Positions 57,277-64,000 of a stretch of DNA of 64,000 bases are shown piece after piece. Position numbers and translations under genes: made by a program. Position 1 is the stretch's first letter. Each line of letters starts with the position of its first letter. Source of the stretch: a virus; the IMG/VR virus record IMGVR_UViG_3300009103_001660, positions 59,212 to 123,211 of that record; one strand, written 5' to 3'. Under the pieces are notes generated by a model. It was not told where the DNA came from. It was given only the letters and a program-made list of their open reading frames with translations, and ran no database searches.

Positions 57277-60132
57277 TCAATCCCCCTTCATTGAGTCCAG
57301 CAGGAGTTTCAAATGATGAACCATCCAGCTTTCTCCAACGCTTTGCCCTAAATCTCCCCTTTCATGCGCTTCTAGCCTATGTCGCAAATCGTCACATTGC
57401 GCTCGATCCAATATGGATTCAACCAGTTGCACTTGTTCTTCTTTAGTCAATGCTCATCCTTTCTCATCAATTCCACTTCTGGAACTTTAATCCCGTCCCA
57501 ATACCAAGTCCCTTCATACTCCTCATGCACCTTACGTTTGTTATCCATACGGATAAATGAGAAGTCTCCAGACACACCCTTAAAGCACCCAAAATCCTGT
57601 ATGGGAAGGGTTGCCGTCTTTGGCCGTCCATCATCATAAGTTTGATTAAAGCACGTTAGACGAGCGTGTGTGGCGTGTTGAGGGGGTTTAGGGATATAAG
57701 TCTCCCATGCACCCCTACCAACCTTGATATAGGGTTTAGATTTGAATGGCATTAGCCTAACTGCTCCTTTCTGGATTAAATGTCCATCATGGGCGGCATG
57801 GGCTGATCGGGCGGCTTGTTCTCAAGCATCCACTCTTTCATCTTCTTGGCCTTATCAACCAAGAAGTCTCTATCCTCTTGCGATTCGACCTTCTGGGAAT
57901 CTTCCCATGTAAAGCCCAACATCGCAACCATCAACCAGTTTTCTTCTTGTTTACTCATAATTCTACTTTAATCTATTGTTGGTTAAAAATCAAATTCTTT
58001 TTACAATTTCTCGAAATACTCTTTTTCTATAATCTTTGTTCCCACAAACTGCTCCGTATAGTGCGGGTAGTCTGTTAAGAATTGTTCTACTGCCGCCGCA
58101 ACGATAACATTATCTTCCCCAAAAGGGAGTTCATCCTGCAAGCGTGTAGCAATAGCATTAGCCCATTCTTCAGTTGGCACTCCATTTATATTCACCGTAG
58201 GTGGATTTGTTATATTCATAATTAGTTTTTATTCTTTTTCCACAAGTTCTCTGCACCATGCTTCTTGCATAGTTCATCGAACCAATCTTCTTTCTTTTTC
58301 TTTTCTGGATTACCTTCAGAAAGTTTAGGGGCATACGCCTGTTTATAGCGTCCCTGTAAATTACCATTGCCAGTTACATCTCTGCTCATTTTACCTCCGA
58401 TACAGTACCGTCAGACCCAATTTCCAATCCGAGATGACGCTCAATCTCTTTCACATCGGTAGTGCAAGGGTCATCAAAATGGTGAGAAACGTCTATGTTA
58501 TAGGCATCATCAATCACCTCGCCTTTACTATTAATATGACCACCTATTCCATATCCTTCAGTGTTAAAATGGGCTTCCTGCCAATCCATTTTATCTAAAG
58601 TCTCTTGTGACTGATGTACGTCGATTGCTTCATACTCGACATAGTATGAGTTTTTAACAAACTCTCCTTTGGGAAGAAACTCTCCTCCAAATTTAGCAAA
58701 GTCTGCTTTAGCAACCTCTACTGCTTCAGCGAGGTCTTTAGCTTCGACCTCAACCATAGATGACATTTCCCATGAAACGGGAACCTTGAATTTTAGCTTT
58801 TTATTCTTCATCATATACTTCTAATTCTTGGACTTCTCTATCCTGACACTCTTGACACATTAGCACGGGGGGTTCCCCCTCGACTATTACATTAAATAAT
58901 TCGTGAGTTGGCCTACCACATTCGGGGCAATCAATAGGATGCCTGTAATAAGCGTAAGAGTAGTCATCGTTATTAGTATTGTTTCGCATAGTTTACCGCA
59001 TCATTAAGATTATCATATACTTTAACTTTATCTAGGCTTGTCTTTAGGTCTTTATAGACAATATAGATAGGCTCTCTACCTTCAGAAACACTAGACGTAA
59101 CAACCAGATTTTCCGCTCCACTATGTTCGTACTCTATGGTTTCTCTACTATGCCGTATTAGATGATTCAGTTCATCTTCTGAAAGCTCACCATGACTGCT
59201 TTTTTGTTCCCTCCAGCCCCCTGCGTCTGGATTGACGTTGATACTATTCTCTTGCATAAATTTAATGTTTACCAGTTAGTATTGTTTTCCACGAAAAAGA
59301 CCCGCGCCAAATTCTCTTAACTCTCTTTTGTGCTTGTCTAGTAGATTATATAGCTCTTTCTCTTTGTCGGAATTGCTGTCTATCTCATACTCCTCCTTTG
59401 CGACAAAGAAAATCTCCGCAAACCTTTCATCGACCATGTGGTCGAGGGTTTTTATTCTTTCGTCTTGTCTTTCCATAACTGCTATCATTACATAATACCC
59501 TAAAAAAGTCAAATGAATCCCTAATTATTCATATCTAATAATATATTCTTTTACATCAAGTATTTCGTAATTAAAAGCCTTTGCTTGTGGCTCGTATGCT
59601 CTACGGACTGCTTGTGGGTCGCCGCTCCTAAATTGAGCGGCAGTCAACTCCCATCGTGCCTTGCCGTCCTCGTATCTTTTATGAATCCAGTATTGTTTCA
59701 TAATTTAATCCATGTGGTTATCTCTGTGAGGGTATTTCCTCATTTCTTCCATTAAACTTTCTTCCGTAGGTAGCTTCCCTGCTATTTCGGGACGGTGCAA
59801 TTCAATCATATCTATGATGTCTTGGCATCGGTCAACATACTGGCTAGTGCTATAATGGTAGCCATCACGCATATCGGGACATCTATCATAGATTGCTTTA
59901 ATTAATTCGTAGTTTCTCATTGTTAAATATCCCATTCTCCTAGTGCTGCTTCTAATACTTGTTCCATCGTTTGTCCATGCTCGTTTGCCTCTGCCGCCAT
60001 TGTAAGCGCACTCCACATTACTTCTGCCGCCATTCCATGCTCATTAGCAATATCTAACGTCTCTGCAACCAGTGTTAAATTTGTCGGCTGTTCTTCCATT
60101 GGGGGTTCCTTTCTTCTATATGGGGAGTTCAT
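57277..60132 (-). other. Run of ~11 small hypothetical ORFs (including the untracked 57277..57450)
   Basis: Tightly tiled minus-strand ORFs with overlapping start/stop codons; no families recognised. Confidence 0.6.
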
Positions 60133-60135
60133 TGT

Positions 60136-61302
60136 CTACTCGTAATCTCTAATTGCAATGACGTAGGGAAAGCGCGGCACACCGTCAGGCGTGAGATTAA
60201 AGAACTTAACCGTTGCTTCCTTACCTATCAGTTCATCTGCTTTCTCTAGTAGTTCCGCTAGGTATTCAAATGAACCTTTTATGTTTGAATTAAATTCCTT
60301 ACCATTTTCATTTTCAAATTTGAAGTGTTTTACGGTTCCAGTACGATTACCTTCGCCTTCTTCATATCCAAGGATAGTATATTCCCTGTCGATAAACTCC
60401 TTGCGCTTGAGCAGTCTTGGTGAGCGTTTATTCTCGTAAGGCCCATCGAGCCTAATCATTTGGCCTTCATATCCCGCTTCTACATAATCTTCATAGCAAC
60501 GGTCTAGTTGCTCTCTGCCGAGGATTTCAATAGTTTCTACCATCACAAGGCAGTCATGTTTCATCAAGCTCAACTTGCTATACTGTGCGTCTAGCATGGA
60601 GGTTCTGTCTGAAAAAGTATCCTTTTCAGTAAGGACATACTTGCCCTCACCAATCACGGGGGCATCATAAATATGATACTGAATCATCTCGGCACTCTCC
60701 GCAAGATGTTCTTCTGTGAGATTTTGCTTACGAACGAGGTGAATGATTTTGTTAAAATCGTCTTTGTAAGCATGATTGTATAACTCACCGTCAAGAACAG
60801 CATTAGGATACTTCTCAAAGAAAGGTTCCAACGCTTCACTGATGTGAGGTACGGCAGTAATCTCCTTACCAGTGCGAGTAAACAGTCCCTCTCGCATGGC
60901 GATACAACGTATGCCGTCCAGCTTGGGTTGAGAGAATACAGGCGCACCAATGCCCTCCTCATCAATCTCAAACATTACTTCCTTCTGACGATTCTTGTTC
61001 TTGAAGTCCTGCGCGAGCATAGGCTCATAGAATCTTTTCTTGTCAATGTTGTCCAAGTTTAGATGGTATCCAGCCTTGAGCTTCTTCTCATGTTTAGCTT
61101 CGGCCTCTTTGAGTGCCTGTTCTTCTGCTGTGGTAGCGTTGGCTTTGCCTACGTTCTTGCCTTCACAAACAGTCCAGTTGTTAGTGATCTTCTTGCCGTC
61201 TGACTGTCCAGATATAGTGCGGAATTTATTCTCGTTTACTTCGATTTCCCAAGTTTGGGTCTTGCCGATTGTAGTCTTTTTGTATAGTGTAGGTAGCTTC
61301 AT
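60136..61302 (-). CDS. lig: ATP-dependent DNA ligase with N-terminal WGR-like domain
   Basis: QPKLDGIRC (KxDG), LDGELY, GYEGQMIR, LLKRKE, PRFP motifs. Confidence 0.92.
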   Translation of the reverse strand: MKLPTLYKKTTIGKTQTWEIEVNENKFRTISGQSDGKKITNNWTVCEGKNVGKANATTAEEQALKEAEAKHEKKLKAGYHLNLDNIDKKRFYEPMLAQDFKNKNRQKEVMFEIDEEGIGAPVFSQPKLDGIRCIAMREGLFTRTGKEITAVPHISEALEPFFEKYPNAVLDGELYNHAYKDDFNKIIHLVRKQNLTEEHLAESAEMIQYHIYDAPVIGEGKYVLTEKDTFSDRTSMLDAQYSKLSLMKHDCLVMVETIEILGREQLDRCYEDYVEAGYEGQMIRLDGPYENKRSPRLLKRKEFIDREYTILGYEEGEGNRTGTVKHFKFENENGKEFNSNIKGSFEYLAELLEKADELIGKEATVKFFNLTPDGVPRFPYVIAIRDYE

Positions 61303-61341
61303 AATAAAAAATCTATTTTTTTAGTTCTTACTCTTTAAGTT

Positions 61342-61724
61342 TTAATAATCTATTCCAGCCTCTTGTTGCTGCCAATACTCTTTCGTTTGTTTTTTCTGTG
61401 AGGCTAACACCTCGATTGCCACATCTTTGATGATTGCTGTTGCAATCATGTCCCTAGCCGCTTCTGACGCAAGGTTTACTTGATTGTCTGCATAACGCTC
61501 TAGCACTTTTGTAATTGTCTCTTTCATTAGCAGTCCTCCTTAATGATATAGTCTTTTTTAGTAATGCTCTTGTAAGCATAACCATCACAAATGAAACGTA
61601 AGTCTCGCAGCTTTTCGGGCGGCAAAGGCTTAAACTCTGGTGGCCCTTGATATGATGGTTCATCGCATTGAAAGCACTTGCATCCAACTGCGAACAGCGA
61701 TAATGTAATAATTAGGTACTTCAT
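61342..61724 (-). other. Two small ORFs; 61527..61724 is a probable lipoprotein
   Basis: MKYLIITLSLFAVG-C lipobox. Confidence 0.55.
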
Positions 61725-62021
61725 GTTTATCTTTCTATCTTTTCAAAGTGTTTGTCTACAATGTCAAGTACGTCCTCTTGTAGTGTTTGTTTCCATCCAG
61801 CCTCGTTGTCTAGTTGAGGCCAATACCGATTGAAGTATGCTTCAACATCTTCATGTATGTCTGCTTTAACGTCTAGTATTTTGTATCCCATTATACTGTC
61901 CTTTTAATTCCTAATGTACCATGCTAAATAAGCCTCGTAGCCAAACCCTATTGCTGCCACAACAATAGCGCAAACAATTAAAGTCCCAATAATAAACATA
62001 CTTCCGTCTGGTTCTCTCATT

Positions 62022-62309
62022 TTAGTCCTCTGCTAATCTATCTCTTGCTGCTCCAATTACTTCTTGATAATAATTGTAATCGTGGTCAGAAAGAACTCGA
62101 TGCTCATGCTTCCAAGCACTCTCCGTATTATACTTCAACCAATCTGACAACGCCCATAAGCCTTTGTCAATGTTGTCCTTGTCTACCATTCTCCCGTTGT
62201 GGCTAATCGGGCCTTCTTCTGCCTCTGCTTGAGCCTTCTCGTAGTCTTTGAGAAACTCTTTGTCTGATGCGCTTGCGTCATCACGCGATAAGTATTCTTT
62301 GAATGTCAT
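62022..62309 (-). CDS. Hypothetical protein
   Basis: Minus-strand ORF in operon. Confidence 0.55.
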   Translation of the reverse strand: MTFKEYLSRDDASASDKEFLKDYEKAQAEAEEGPISHNGRMVDKDNIDKGLWALSDWLKYNTESAWKHEHRVLSDHDYNYYQEVIGAARDRLAED

Positions 62310-62477
62310 AATTTATCTCCTAATTAAATCGTTACAATAATCTTCAACAATTTCAATCGCCTGTCGTTCAAGGTCGGCTTGTGCTTCCTGTTGAGCATAC
62401 ATGATGTCGTGTTCAGCAAGGGTATTAGCTTTTGCCAATTTTAATACAATATCAAATGCTTCTTTGTTACTCATAAT

Positions 62478-63236
62478 TTAATCCTCCAATACATAGCTCC
62501 AGTAGCGGCTATCAGTTTTATCCTGCTTCCTGTCCCACAAGATGCAACGTGCAATGTAAGACGGTACATTCCACATACGGCACATATCGAGCCAGTAGTT
62601 TTCAATCTCATTGTAGCGGCGAGCATCTTTCGTTTGGCTCAACCCATACGCTTGAAACAGATGTGTGTCCATGCACGTTACCTCTGCTTTGTTTGGATAA
62701 ATCATCTCAAGACTAAAAGACACTTTGGCAATTCCAAGGCCGAGAATACTTTTAACAAGTCTGTCCCGAAAGGTCTGCCAGTTGCCGTCTTGGTGCTTGT
62801 ACCATTCGGGGTCAGACCAAAACTTACGAGCAAACTCCGAAATGAAACGGACGCGATTGTTATGGAGTCCAACCTTTGCCCCCTTAATAACCTCCATGAG
62901 CTTCTCGTCATCGTTGAACCACGCAGTCCAATCCTTAATAGCTTCGTACCCAATAACATTGCGCTCCCATGTAGTATGCACCGACATGAACGCAAACAAC
63001 CAACGCTGAAATACTTCGGTATCGGTCTTTGGTGCTACTGATTGCCAATAATTTTTATACTGTTCGACTTCCTCCTGCTTAAAGGAATTGAACAAGGTAT
63101 CGACGATTGAGAAATCAATATCTTTTTGAATCTTGTTTGGTTTACCAAGTTCATTCCAAAGGTCGAACTGCTCTGGCTCTCTTTCAATCGTTGGAGTACC
63201 GATAAAGTCTAGTTGTCGTGGTGTAGAGATCGTCAT
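62478..63236 (-). CDS. HhH-GPD-type DNA glycosylase-like protein
   Basis: KVGLHNNRVRFI; HhH ILGLGIAKVSF; CMDTHL catalytic Asp motif. Confidence 0.75.
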   Translation of the reverse strand: MTISTPRQLDFIGTPTIEREPEQFDLWNELGKPNKIQKDIDFSIVDTLFNSFKQEEVEQYKNYWQSVAPKTDTEVFQRWLFAFMSVHTTWERNVIGYEAIKDWTAWFNDDEKLMEVIKGAKVGLHNNRVRFISEFARKFWSDPEWYKHQDGNWQTFRDRLVKSILGLGIAKVSFSLEMIYPNKAEVTCMDTHLFQAYGLSQTKDARRYNEIENYWLDMCRMWNVPSYIARCILWDRKQDKTDSRYWSYVLED

Positions 63237-63263
63237 AGTTTGTTATAGGTTTTTGTTTAATGT

Positions 63264-63943
63264 TTATTGAAAATCTTCCCATTCTGTGCGTGGATTATCT
63301 TTTTCCCATTGGTTACAGTAGGCTTCGGCTTCTTCTTTCGTATCGTATTCTCCAAGTTCAATTTTTTTTAGTTTAAGCATACGGGCTTTTTGTTTTGAAT
63401 TTATCATGTCTACTACCCAAGAATCTTTGCCGTTTATGATGTTATGTGCTACATAAGTTCTTGGTTTTTGAAAGGCTTTCATTTGTTTGAAAACCTCCAT
63501 TAGTTCTTCCCAATTTTCTGGCTTTTTTTTACTCATATTAAAGACTCCCTATCATTTCTCTCACACACTTCTTGAAGGCTCGTACCTTCTTTGCTTGCTT
63601 CTCGAAACCGTACTTCTTGTAGTATTGAGCTTTACGCTCAAGGGTTTCTTGAAGATTATCGCTTAACATCCTGTCTAGGTGTTCTTTCTGCTCTTGCTTT
63701 TTGTTAGCCATTGAATTTTCCTGTATCTAAATTTACTCCTGCATCATCTACTTTGATGAACTTCTTTTTTTTCTTCTTGTTCTTTTTAATCTCTGGCACT
63801 TCTGCCAAAACATCATTTTTGTCTCGTACCTTTTCTTTCCATTCTGACTTTGGACAATACTTCCAGCCTTTTTCTTTTATTAAATTTTCTGCATCTTTAT
63901 CACTTACCCGCATGATGCTTTTATTCTTTTTAACTGTTTTCAT
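63264..63943 (-). other. Small hypothetical ORFs (63264..63536, 63704..63943)
   Basis: Minus-strand ORFs. Confidence 0.55.
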
Positions 63944-64000
63944 AAAAAATCTATTTTTTTAGTTTATGCGTTTTAAGTTTTAAGAAGTGGGGAGTGACCG

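Noticed and set aside
1-64000. Stop-codon reassignment (alternative genetic code)
   Set aside because: Standard-code ORFs tile the window densely and hallmark genes are full length

Overview
Segment of a large tailed dsDNA bacteriophage genome. PhoH and Hsp20 suggest an aquatic phage; the host is unresolved. Nearly all genes are on the minus strand. From left to right: (1) 1-31.7 kb, virion morphogenesis module: long fibre-like and aromatic-rich structural proteins, major capsid, decoration protein, protease/scaffold, tail-tube-like protein, portal, large terminase, a Zn-finger ERCC4 nuclease and a phage sigma factor. (2) 31.9-41.7 kb, glycosyltransferase/methyltransferase cluster with PhoH and Hsp20. 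(3) 42-64 kb, early-type region of small ORFs plus SleB-like hydrolase, Gp88, DUF932, RuvB-like ATPase, WGR DNA ligase and an HhH glycosylase. The most unusual signals are non-coding. A complete, ORF-less group I intron lies between genes (11331-11554). A ~650-nt array of structured RNA domains lies between a promoter and a terminator (50.3-50.9 kb). The early region also has a modular regulatory system: four GGTGGGAC hairpin/leaderless-start cassettes, eight DnaA-box 9-mers, eight 33-bp GCWGC-centred dyads, two Fur-like palindromes and one MraZ-like triple box. All assignments come from reading motifs by eye; no database searches or folding programs were run.
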